From a virus: a DNA stretch of 29,353 nucleotides. This document shows, piece after piece, positions 9,222 to 17,110 of the stretch. The translations under genes were made by a program, and so were the position numbers. Every line of letters starts with the position of its first letter. Positions within the stretch are counted from its first letter, which is position 1. The notes beneath the pieces were generated by a model, which made no database searches, was not told the DNA's origin, and worked only from the letters and a program-made list of their open reading frames with translations. The stretch lies in the IMG/VR virus record IMGVR_UViG_3300045988_109387, positions 1-29,353 of that record, one strand, 5' to 3'.

Positions 9222-9509
9222 TCAGGCGGATGCCATTAGTCCTGCGTTGATCAGGGCGTTCACTACCTGTTCTATCGTGCCGGTGGTCGGGGCGACGTAA
9301 GCGGCCTTGGTGATCGTGGCGGCGGGGCCAACGGGGCCAGCCGGGCCAGCCGGACCAACATCACCCTTGGGGCCAGCCGGGCCTTGAGGGCCCTGTCCGA
9401 AAGCCACCGGCTGCCCCTCCTCGTCCACGAAGTTGATGACCTTAACCGTGTTCAGATTATCTTCCGGCAGTGCCTTGCCGCCGATTCGGGAATACATTTC
9501 AGCGCTCAT
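9222..9509 (-). CDS. Collagen-like repeat protein (possible head fibre or decoration)
   Basis: 95 aa with eight uninterrupted G-X-Y triplets (GPQGPAGPKGDVGPAGPAGPVGPA). The ATG at 9509 lies 2 nt after the capsid TGA (9514..9512). Confidence 0.7.
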   Translation of the reverse strand: MSAEMYSRIGGKALPEDNLNTVKVINFVDEEGQPVAFGQGPQGPAGPKGDVGPAGPAGPVGPAATITKAAYVAPTTGTIEQVVNALINAGLMASA

Positions 9510-9511
9510 GA

Positions 9512-11317
9512 TCAGGCCTTCGGCTTGATGACCACTGCGGACTTTTCAGCATCCAAACCACCGCCAGCGTAGATTTCCTGCAAGTATTCGTTGGTGTTGG
9601 TCTGGAGGGCGAAGTTCGTGAACGCTTCGATGGAAGTGTCACCGACGAGAGCGTAGTGGGAAGCCGACATGACTACGCCGGCCACCTTCTTGTCGTCTTC
9701 CGCGGTCCACCATTCCGGGGTGATGATCTGGGAGACGCCAAGAGCGCGGGCGAGGGTGTCGTCACCGCCGAGGGCGATGTACGTGTTACCGTTCGCATTG
9801 GCGGACAGGAGCAGGTCGGCTACCGTGTCGGCATTGCAGACGAGGACCTTGTTGCCCTGCGCGCGGACCATGTGGGAGGCCTTCACGAAGCCCATGAGCG
9901 GTGCGTCTTCGGTGAGCGTGTAGGTGCGGGCGAACTTGTTGCCAGCCCATTCCGACTCGGAGTCGGCTGCGTCGGTGGTGACGGAACGGAAGTGTGCCAT
10001 GTCATCGTAGCCGCCGAGCACGACCTGACGTTCGATGGTCTGGACGATGTAGTTCGGCAGTTCGGAGAGGATGTAACGGAGCAGTGCGCCCGGCCTCTGC
10101 GTACGACGGATGTCACCCTTGTTCAGGGTGATGTACTTGTACGTGTAGTCGGCGGTGAGTTCACGCTTCACGAAAGCCACGGACTGGTTCCTCTTCTGGG
10201 TGCCGTAGGAGGAGACCGGGTAGCCGTGAGCGCGGGACGCTTCGACTAGGCCGACGGTGTTGCCGCCGATGGTGAGACGGTCCATGCCGGTCTTACGGAA
10301 CAGGTTCCACAGGCCGGAGCCGCGAGTATTCAAAGCGTCACTGATCGTGGTGATGGCTTCGGTCGGGATGAACTTGCTCACGTCTCCACTGATTACGCCG
10401 AAGGAAGCGGTGTCAGACATGTTGCGGGACACGGTGTCGGACCATTCCTTGTGGAAGGCTTCCACGCCCTTGTTATCGTTGTTGACGAGGGCGTGTTCGA
10501 ACGCGGCCATGGCGTTCGGGGAGTCGAGCCACGTTTCACGGGAATGGGAGAAGGAGGCGACGCCGGACTGCTTGGCGGTGCGGTTGTTCTTGTTGATGAT
10601 GACGAGCGGACGCTTGTTGGCGGACTGTACCGGTTCCTCCGGGGTGGTGGTCGCTGCGGTTTCGTTGGCGTCGGTCTGGTTGCTGACCGCTTCGGTGAGG
10701 TCTTCGGCGGCGTTCTGCATGATGTCGGTGATGGACGAGGTCAGGTTGGCGGCTTCGTCCGGGGTGAGTTTGAATTCGGCGACGGTGCGTGCCACCTTGT
10801 TCATGAGGTTCGGGTTCATGTTATCTCCATTTCTTTGGTTGATTGATGTGAAGGCTGCTTTCGGGTCGGCTCCACGGTAGACGACGCTGATTTCGACCAG
10901 TTCGCTGTCATGGATGATGCCGTCCTTGTTGGGCCGTTCGGGGAATTCGACGGTGATACTGAAACTGTTGGTCAGACATCCGTCTGCAGCGAGACGTCGG
11001 ACGCGTTCGCCGTTGTCGACTTCGCTGAGCTTCGCTTCGGCCATGAGTCCGGCGTCGGTGATCCATAGGCGGGTGATGGTGCCTGCCTGTGCTTCGATGC
11101 TGGGCTCGTGGTCGATGAGAAGGGGGAGTGTGAGTTGGTCTGATTCCGTGAGCTCGTCCACGAGTTTCAACGTGCCGTCGATGAGTGGCGCTTTGAGCGT
11201 GGCTAGGTCCACGGTGAGGCCGTTGCTCATTTTCTTACCGCTGTTGGCGAGGAATGTGAGGGTTCGACCTTCGGTTTCAGCGGCACCGCCGTGAGTGAGA
11301 CTCTCGCGAATCTTCAT
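9512..11317 (-). CDS. Prohead protease (HK97/S78-like) fused to an HK97-fold major capsid protein
   Basis: I chose the ATG at 11317 (MKIRESL) because AAAGGA lies 6 nt upstream. The N-terminal ~170 aa fit the HK97 prohead-protease pattern (LPLLIDHEPS...SFSITVEF...LVEISVVYRGADPKAAF). The C-terminal ~300 aa have the length and position of a capsid protein. It is one uninterrupted frame of 601 aa. Confidence 0.75.
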   Translation of the reverse strand: MKIRESLTHGGAAETEGRTLTFLANSGKKMSNGLTVDLATLKAPLIDGTLKLVDELTESDQLTLPLLIDHEPSIEAQAGTITRLWITDAGLMAEAKLSEVDNGERVRRLAADGCLTNSFSITVEFPERPNKDGIIHDSELVEISVVYRGADPKAAFTSINQRNGDNMNPNLMNKVARTVAEFKLTPDEAANLTSSITDIMQNAAEDLTEAVSNQTDANETAATTTPEEPVQSANKRPLVIINKNNRTAKQSGVASFSHSRETWLDSPNAMAAFEHALVNNDNKGVEAFHKEWSDTVSRNMSDTASFGVISGDVSKFIPTEAITTISDALNTRGSGLWNLFRKTGMDRLTIGGNTVGLVEASRAHGYPVSSYGTQKRNQSVAFVKRELTADYTYKYITLNKGDIRRTQRPGALLRYILSELPNYIVQTIERQVVLGGYDDMAHFRSVTTDAADSESEWAGNKFARTYTLTEDAPLMGFVKASHMVRAQGNKVLVCNADTVADLLLSANANGNTYIALGGDDTLARALGVSQIITPEWWTAEDDKKVAGVVMSASHYALVGDTSIEAFTNFALQTNTNEYLQEIYAGGGLDAEKSAVVIKPKA

Positions 11318-11413
11318 ATCATCCTTTCGGATTGGGGCAGTGGTGCTCGTCAGTGGCACCAGTGGTTGATGTACTGACGAGCACAATGATATCACGGTAA
11401 TTGGTGCGGCTGG

Positions 11414-13507
11414 TTAGTCTTCCGCGACTTCGTAGGCTTCGTAGCAGCGGCATCGTGGGTGGCCGTTCGGCGTGCTCATGGTTTCGAAGCTGTTGGTGTA
11501 GGTGTGGTCGCCGATGTTGATAACCGCGTCTTTTGGCATGTAGGCGGAGTCGAGTGGCTTTGTCGTGCCTTCCATGTGTTGGCAGAAGTCGCATGTGTTA
11601 CCGTCTCCGGTGGTGCGCCATACTTTCTGGAGTTTGACGCCTAGTGTTTCGCTGAGGTTACGGGCGCTGTATAGGCTTCCGAGTCTTTGGGATTGGACGG
11701 TTTCACATCTTGCTATTAGTTCGGCGTGGCCGTTGCCCATTCGGGTTAGTTCGTTGTTTAGTCGGTGTGCGTCCCATTGTTCCGTGTCGGCTCGTTTTAG
11801 GAGTTCCAGGGTTTTGTGGGTGATGGTTTGGGATGTTGTGTCGGCTATTTCGTGTAGGTGGGTTTCGTAGGCTGTTTTGATGTTGTCGGGTAGTGTGGTC
11901 CACTCGTAGAGTTTCTGCCAGTCGTTGGTCGTGTAGGACTGGATATCGATGGCGATGGGGTTTTCGGGGTGGATTTCGGCCCATGCGGTGAGGATTTGTT
12001 CGAGTTTCATGCCGGTTTTGCGCGCGTATTCGGTGAGGTGGGCGATGAGAATGTCTTCTACGTCGTTGACCCATTGGCGGCTGATGGTTTCGAGGTCGTT
12101 TTTCAGTCCGTTTTGGGTGTGTCGGGTGAGGCGGATGATTCTGTCGACGTATGTGTGGGTTGCTGGCAGTATTCGGTTTTCGGTTGGCATGTCGTCTGTT
12201 TTCTTGGCGGCTTTCGTGATGTTTCTTTTCGAAGGGAGGGATGGGAGTGGGGTTATGTCGTTTTGGCGGAGGTTGAGGCGCTTGTAGGAGTCGGGGAGTC
12301 CTAGTGCTTCGACTGCGCTTTCGACCGTGGCTCCCATGTTGACGAGTTGGATGAGGTTGTCGACGCGGATCTGTTGGGTTTCCGCTTGTGTTTTCTCGAC
12401 TTCTGTCTGTGCTGGCAGGTCGAGGTCGAAGGCGATGCCGTAGCCGAGGCCTCCGGTGATGCGGTCGAGCTCGAACTGCCATTTGTCCCATACGGTCATG
12501 CAGAGGGGTTTGAGGGTGTTTTCGATGAAGGCGCGTTCGGCCATTTCCGCGTTGGCGTAGGTTTGGCCGTTGTCGATGCCGCGGACGATGTCGGGGACGG
12601 CGAGCGCGTTGGCGAGCCGGTTGTTGACTACGTTGGATACGGTTTGCAGGTCGAGCGTGTCGTTGGAGTTCTGGAATGGGACCCAGACGAGTTTGCTGGT
12701 TTGGCTTGGCTTGTGGGTTGTCGGGTCGACGGGCACCATGTTGTATACGATCCCGTTGTTGTTGCCGGCCCCGCGGAAGGTTTCTTCGAGGCGTGCGCGG
12801 TTGCGTTGGAAGTCTTCGGCGTTTTCGGAGACGATGCCGAGCATGCCGGCCGGTACTGCATTGTTGCCGAAGAAGCCGCGTTCGTAGTCGGCGATCATGT
12901 CGTCCACGTTGGCCCATTTTTTGATGGTCATGGCGGGGCTGATGCCTCGGGTGGGGTCGTTCGGGTGGCGACTATAGCTTAGGGAGATGGTTTCGTCTCG
13001 GGTGAATTCGTAGGGGCGGGGACCGTCTCCGAGGTCCATGGTTACGCGGTGGTACCAGTCGCTGCGGCTGTCGTTGTATACGCGGCTGTTCGTGGGGAGG
13101 ATAGTGTAGCCGGTGATGTTGTCGGGGGTGATGTTGCCGCCGGGGCCTTCCGTTGTCCAGACGAGGATGTCGACGTGGGATTGGGTGAGCATGCCGGATG
13201 CGATTAGTTTAAGGAATTCGAGGCAGCTGTAGGTGTCGTTTGGTGCGTATAATGCTCTCAGCGCTGCAGGGGCTGGGTTGAGTTTCTCGCCATCAGTGGT
13301 GACGGCGTAGGGGATTACTGTACTAAAGCGTTGTGCAATGGCGTTGACGTAGGGGAAGATGTTGTCGTAGATGTCGTGCATTGGGATGGTGTTGCCTCCC
13401 ATTGGCTGCCATGTGTTGCCGCCTGCTGGGGTGGGGGTGGTGTGTGGGGCGTTGGTACGGCCGAAGGCGCTTGTGAAGCCTGCACGAATGTTGTTGAGAA
13501 TGGTCAT
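11414..13507 (-). CDS. Portal protein fused to a MuF-like (SPP1 gp7 family) minor head domain
   Basis: 697 aa. The N-terminal ~420 aa are portal-like (FFGNNAVPAGMLGIVSENAEDFQRNRARLEETFRG). The C-terminus carries the MuF signature (ARCETVQSQR...WRTTGDGNTCDFCQHMEG...PNGHPRCRCY). Confidence 0.8.
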   Translation of the reverse strand: MTILNNIRAGFTSAFGRTNAPHTTPTPAGGNTWQPMGGNTIPMHDIYDNIFPYVNAIAQRFSTVIPYAVTTDGEKLNPAPAALRALYAPNDTYSCLEFLKLIASGMLTQSHVDILVWTTEGPGGNITPDNITGYTILPTNSRVYNDSRSDWYHRVTMDLGDGPRPYEFTRDETISLSYSRHPNDPTRGISPAMTIKKWANVDDMIADYERGFFGNNAVPAGMLGIVSENAEDFQRNRARLEETFRGAGNNNGIVYNMVPVDPTTHKPSQTSKLVWVPFQNSNDTLDLQTVSNVVNNRLANALAVPDIVRGIDNGQTYANAEMAERAFIENTLKPLCMTVWDKWQFELDRITGGLGYGIAFDLDLPAQTEVEKTQAETQQIRVDNLIQLVNMGATVESAVEALGLPDSYKRLNLRQNDITPLPSLPSKRNITKAAKKTDDMPTENRILPATHTYVDRIIRLTRHTQNGLKNDLETISRQWVNDVEDILIAHLTEYARKTGMKLEQILTAWAEIHPENPIAIDIQSYTTNDWQKLYEWTTLPDNIKTAYETHLHEIADTTSQTITHKTLELLKRADTEQWDAHRLNNELTRMGNGHAELIARCETVQSQRLGSLYSARNLSETLGVKLQKVWRTTGDGNTCDFCQHMEGTTKPLDSAYMPKDAVINIGDHTYTNSFETMSTPNGHPRCRCYEAYEVAED

Positions 13508-13566
13508 TTTACCTCGTTTTGCAGTGGTATGTTGTATGTTTCATAGTTTATCGCAGTGTATGTTGG

Positions 13567-14826
13567 TTAGCATACTGCGACGTCCCATGAGGGGAGTTTT
13601 GGTGGTTCGTAGCAGGCAAGGAGCAGGCTGTCGGCGAGGTCGGGGCTCCCGAGGTTCATTGAGTCCTTGTAGTCTTGTTTGCTTTCTATTTGCCGTTGGT
13701 TGCGGCTGGTTATGTGCCATTTGCGTGTGGTTAGTTCGGTGGTGAGTTTGGGGAGGTCGGCGAGTTGGGGGTTGATGCTGAGTTGGGGGAGCATGGTAGC
13801 GAAGTCGAACCATAGTTCCGAAGCGATGTTGGGGTATTGCTGATCTTTGGCTTTGCCGGCGTAGTTGATGCCGGTAACTGGTAGTCCGTATGTCTTGAGT
13901 AGGTCGGTGACTCCTCCGCCGACGCCTGTATCGTCGACGCGGATGTCGATCGGCTGGTGTTGGGATGCGCGTAGTCTGATTCGTTCGACTGTGTCGACGA
14001 TGCTTGCGTGGGTCCATGATTCGAGTGTTTCGATCCGGTTGCCTGTTTTGATGGTGAGGGCGGTGCGGTCGTTGCCGTATCGTGCGACGTCGACTCCGAA
14101 GGTTGTGGGTCCGTCGGTTGCCGTGCGTTGGAGGGCTTCGTTGATCATGGTGTCGCTGATGAGCTGGTTGTTGGTGTCGGCGTATGGGAGACCGAGCCAG
14201 ACGTGTCCGTAGTCGGCTGTCTGCTTGTCGGCTTCGATCATGTCGAGGACGTCTTGGCTGATGAATCGGCGTACGTCTTCGAAGGTGGTGTGCCAGTGGC
14301 ATGTTTGGCGTAGTCGTTCTTCCGAGTCTGTGGTGATGAAGTATGCCCAGATCGGATCATGGCTGGTGAGGGGGTTCCAAGTGAAGATCAGGGTCGAGTT
14401 GGGGCGTCTGATGGTCGGGATGAGTGTTGTCAGGCTTGTTTTGCTGATGGTTTGTGCTTCTTCGACCCAGCAGACGTCGATGCCTTCGATGCTTTTGATG
14501 GATTGGAGGTTGTCGTGGAGGCCTCGGAAGATGAAGCTGCTGCCGTTGATGTGGCTGATGCCGTCGCGTCGTATTTCGAAGCCTTGCAGTCCGAATTTTT
14601 CGATGGTTCCGGTGAGGAGTTTGTAGACGGAGTCGGTGATGGAGTTCTGGAATTCTCGGGCGCAGAGGACGGTGATTGGCTGTACGGAGGCTCGGAGGAT
14701 AAGGCTTTGCGCGACGGCGGTGCTTTTCCCTGAGGCTCGGCCGCCTGAATAGCAGTAATAACGATATGGTGGCGTCTCCGTGTGGATCCACCACCATAGA
14801 TCGCGGTATGGTCTTGCTATCTGCAT
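13567..14826 (-). CDS. terL: Terminase large subunit (PBSX/Terminase_3-like)
   Basis: 419 aa with Walker A GGRASGKS, Walker B DVCWVEEA and a C-terminal nuclease-like half. It lies directly downstream of the small ORF called TerS. Confidence 0.9.
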   Translation of the reverse strand: MQIARPYRDLWWWIHTETPPYRYYCYSGGRASGKSTAVAQSLILRASVQPITVLCAREFQNSITDSVYKLLTGTIEKFGLQGFEIRRDGISHINGSSFIFRGLHDNLQSIKSIEGIDVCWVEEAQTISKTSLTTLIPTIRRPNSTLIFTWNPLTSHDPIWAYFITTDSEERLRQTCHWHTTFEDVRRFISQDVLDMIEADKQTADYGHVWLGLPYADTNNQLISDTMINEALQRTATDGPTTFGVDVARYGNDRTALTIKTGNRIETLESWTHASIVDTVERIRLRASQHQPIDIRVDDTGVGGGVTDLLKTYGLPVTGINYAGKAKDQQYPNIASELWFDFATMLPQLSINPQLADLPKLTTELTTRKWHITSRNQRQIESKQDYKDSMNLGSPDLADSLLLACYEPPKLPSWDVAVC

Positions 14827-14843
14827 GTGTCCTGTTTAGGTGT

Positions 14844-15254
14844 TTACTGGCTGTCTTTACTGTTTGTTGGGTTGTCGTCGAAGACTTCGAGGGTGATGTT
14901 CGGCGGTTCGTATCCGGTGACGTTTACGTCGGTGGATTGGCGGGCCTTGCCGTCGAGTCGGTCGATATAGTCGGCTGCAACCTTTGGGTCCTTGGAGGCG
15001 TTGAGGATGTGTTTGATGGCGATTTTCTGGACCATGGTGAGGTTCGGGTCTTTTATTTTTTCGTTGAATTCTACGGCGGTGAGCTTGCTGAATTCGCGGA
15101 TCCAGCGGGTGGGGCTGGTGTCTTTGGTCCACGAGCCTCGGTCCTGTGGGCGTTCTTGGAATCCGCCTTTGCCTGTTGGATTGCATACTCCGCTGATGAT
15201 TCGGCCGCGGTGGTCTCTTACTACTTCTGTCATATTGCCTATTTTAGCAGGCAT
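14844..15254 (-). CDS. terS: Terminase small subunit (putative)
   Basis: Sits immediately upstream of terL. It has a basic N-terminus containing NPTGKGGFQERPQD. I chose the ATG at 15254. The track's GTG at 15269 lies inside a terminator stem, and the ATG at 15233 is an alternative start. Confidence 0.55.
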   Translation of the reverse strand: MPAKIGNMTEVVRDHRGRIISGVCNPTGKGGFQERPQDRGSWTKDTSPTRWIREFSKLTAVEFNEKIKDPNLTMVQKIAIKHILNASKDPKVAADYIDRLDGKARQSTDVNVTGYEPPNITLEVFDDNPTNSKDSQ

Positions 15255-15255
15255 G

Positions 15256-15283
15256 GAAAAAGCCCCCACGTTGGGGGTGGGGG
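15256..15283 (-). terminator. Intrinsic terminator between the early minus-strand block and terS
   Basis: The minus strand reads CCCCCA-acg-TGGGGG followed by CTTTTTCC and then the terS ATG. An A-run on the other side means it could act in both directions. Confidence 0.65.
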
Positions 15284-15289
15284 CCGTGG

Positions 15290-15427
15290 TCAGGCGAGGA
15301 TGAAACAGATGAGGAGTTTCAGTAGTGCGACGCTGCCTGTTATGAGAAGGATGGCCGCGATGGCGATGAGGAGGTAGGCGAGGGTTTTTCCTATCTTGTA
15401 GCTGATTGGGGTATGTTGCTTGTTCAT
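15290..15427 (-). CDS. Small membrane protein (45 aa, below the ORF-track cutoff)
   Basis: Hand translation gives MNKQHTPISYKIGKTLAYLLIAIAAILLITGSVALLKLLICFILA*. It has one clear TM helix, sits between the ssb stop and the terminator, and has a weak RBS. Confidence 0.35.
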   Translation of the reverse strand: MNKQHTPISYKIGKTLAYLLIAIAAILLITGSVALLKLLICFILA

Positions 15428-15442
15428 GTCGTTCTTTCTATT

Positions 15443-15898
15443 TTACCATTCGTCGACGGTGGAGAACTGTGTGTACGGGTCGGGCTGGTTGGTGTTTCCC
15501 CAGTTTGCGGCCTGTTGCTGTGGTGCCGGCTGCTGTGGCGCGGACTGTTGGGATTTGGCTTTCTTGAGGATCAAGGTGATGGTCGCGTAGTTGATGGTGA
15601 AGTCGGTGCGTGGCTGCCCGTTGCGGTCGGTGTCTGTCTGCCATTTCAGGTCGCCTTCGACGCGTACCGGGGTGCCCTTGTGGAGCGTTTGAAGGTAGGT
15701 GGCCGCGAGTCTCTGGTCGTATTCGAAGATGGTGGCGAACATGGTGTTGTGACCCACCCACTGCTGGGTCTGCTTGTCTTTGTGGACGCCGTTGGCGGCT
15801 ACGCGGATGAGGAGGTATGGGGTGCCGTTCTTGGTCTGCTTTTGTTCCGGTTCGGCGACGAGGCGGGCTGAGGGGAGGATGATGTGGGGGTCGTTCAT
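15443..15898 (-). CDS. ssb: Single-stranded DNA-binding protein
   Basis: I chose the ATG at 15898 (MNDPHIILPSARLVAEPEQKQTKNGTPYLLIRVAAN...) because GAAAGG lies ~10 nt upstream. It has an OB-fold SSB pattern, a Gln/Pro-rich tail and ends in FSTVDEW. The longer track ORF overlaps the Bro gene. Confidence 0.8.
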   Translation of the reverse strand: MNDPHIILPSARLVAEPEQKQTKNGTPYLLIRVAANGVHKDKQTQQWVGHNTMFATIFEYDQRLAATYLQTLHKGTPVRVEGDLKWQTDTDRNGQPRTDFTINYATITLILKKAKSQQSAPQQPAPQQQAANWGNTNQPDPYTQFSTVDEW

Positions 15899-15921
15899 GG
15901 GTGTTGAGCCTTTCTTTTGGG

Positions 15922-16728
15922 TTAGTTGGTGGCTGTTCCGAGGGCTTTGGTCAGGAGGGTTTCTCCGATCCGTTTGTGGAGGAGGGCCAGTCCTTTTCTG
16001 GTGATGCGTACGGTTGGCGGGAAGGCGAATTTCGTACCGTCCGTTTTGGTACCGTGTTTTGTGGACATGACCATTACGAGGTGCCCGGCCGTGCAGTGTT
16101 TTGCTGTCGCATGCCATGAGCCATTGGTTTTGTAGATCCAGTCGTTGTCGCTCATCCATTCGCGTAACTGTTTTTCGCTGATTGGTGTGCCGGAGTTGGA
16201 GAGGATCTTTGCTGCGTCGCGGACAAGCAGTCGATCTTCCACGTTGGTGAAATCGTCAAGCGCTTGTGCTTTTGGTTCCAGTTCCTTGATTTGAGCGTCT
16301 TTGGTTTGGAGCTGTTGGTTCTTGAGTCCGATGGTCTTCTGTGCGACAAGCACGGCCTTCGCGAGGATGGCCATATCATCGTCCGTGTCCGTGGTTGGGA
16401 TGTAGCCGCCAGTACTGCGAATCTGCGGCAACACTTCATGCGTCACCCAACGTTGGAATTCCTTGGCCTCCGGTTTACGAGACTTCATCACGAGACGGTA
16501 GAAGCCAGATTCAGAGATGATGTATGCCTGTTGCCTACGGCCAATCGAATCGATGACTTCAGTAGTACTGAACTCGTCATCATCGAACATTTTGACGGTC
16601 TCGGTTGGATTACCGAGGTTAAGGATGCTCATGCAATCCTTGAGTACAAGCCACGGTTCACCGTGCTCGTCGGTCAGCGTGCGCATTGGTATGTCGTTGA
16701 AGGTGAATGTTTGGATTTCGGTGTTCAT
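15922..16728 (-). CDS. Bro-N / KilAC-domain antirepressor
   Basis: 268 aa. The N-terminus matches Bro-N (FTFNDIPMRTLTDEHGEPWLVLKDCMSILNLGNP...EAKEFQRWVTHEVLPQIRSTGGY). The C-terminal half resembles the KilA-C/ANT domain. Confidence 0.8.
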   Translation of the reverse strand: MNTEIQTFTFNDIPMRTLTDEHGEPWLVLKDCMSILNLGNPTETVKMFDDDEFSTTEVIDSIGRRQQAYIISESGFYRLVMKSRKPEAKEFQRWVTHEVLPQIRSTGGYIPTTDTDDDMAILAKAVLVAQKTIGLKNQQLQTKDAQIKELEPKAQALDDFTNVEDRLLVRDAAKILSNSGTPISEKQLREWMSDNDWIYKTNGSWHATAKHCTAGHLVMVMSTKHGTKTDGTKFAFPPTVRITRKGLALLHKRIGETLLTKALGTATN

Positions 16729-16786
16729 TTTGGTGCCTTTTTTGGTGTGATTGCATAGGTTGTTTGTCTACTGTGGTGCCGTTAAA

Positions 16787-16812
16787 GGGGTGGATGATCC
16801 ACCCACCCCCTT
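16787..16812 (-). terminator. Weak stem-loop after the HTH gene
   Basis: The minus strand reads GGGGGTGGGTGG-atcat-CCACCCC followed by only TTTAAC. The short U tract makes this uncertain. Confidence 0.3.
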
Positions 16813-16835
16813 AAGTCGACTGGTTGGTTGTGGAG

Positions 16836-17015
16836 TTACTTGTCTGACGAGTCCCCTTCTTTGTCGGGGATTACGTCCGGGTCGAGGAAGTAGCATCGGC
16901 CGACCTTGACTGCGTGGAGTCGTCCCTCGCGGATGAAGCGGCGGACGGTCTGGATGTTGAGCTTCCAGCGGGATGCGTATTCGGGAACTGTTGCTGTGTA
17001 ATCTTTAGCGTTCAT
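16836..17015 (-). CDS. Excisionase-family/MerR-like HTH DNA-binding protein (59 aa), apparently leaderless
   Basis: EYASRWKLNIQTVRRFIREGRLHAVKVGRCYFLD fits the excisionase-type HTH pattern. I chose the ATG at 17015 because it has no SD and lies 7 nt after a TATAAT box. The track's TTG at 17051 is the alternative. Confidence 0.6.
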   Translation of the reverse strand: MNAKDYTATVPEYASRWKLNIQTVRRFIREGRLHAVKVGRCYFLDPDVIPDKEGDSSDK

Positions 17016-17022
17016 AGGTCTT

Positions 17023-17051
17023 ATTATATAACGGTTCGAGTGCCTGTACAA
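17023..17051 (-). promoter_or_regulatory. Sigma-70-type promoter: TTGTAC-N17-TATAAT
   Basis: On the minus strand the -35 TTGTAC is at 17051..17046 and the -10 TATAAT at 17028..17023, with an exact 17-nt spacer. The ATG at 17015 begins 7 nt after the -10. Confidence 0.6.
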
Positions 17052-17110
17052 CTTGTTTCACATCGGTATGTCGTTGGAGTGTGGGGGCATGGCCCGGAGG
17101 TTCCGGGTAT

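Noticed and set aside
9290-9370. GGGCCAGCC-type DNA repeats considered as a microsatellite or slippage hotspot.
   Set aside because: They are the nucleotide image of the in-frame G-X-Y collagen repeats. The units are not identical enough to call a tandem DNA repeat in their own right.
15269-15269. GTG start proposed by the ORF track for terS (MGAFSMPAK...).
   Set aside because: The GTG lies inside the 3' arm of the terminator stem. The ATG at 15254, just after the U tract with the G-run as an SD-like element, is more plausible. This is still uncertain, and the ATG at 15233 is also possible.
16836-17015. Excisionase-type HTH taken as evidence of an integration module.
   Set aside because: No recombinase or att site exists anywhere on the circle. 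This HTH fold is widely used by generic phage transcription regulators.
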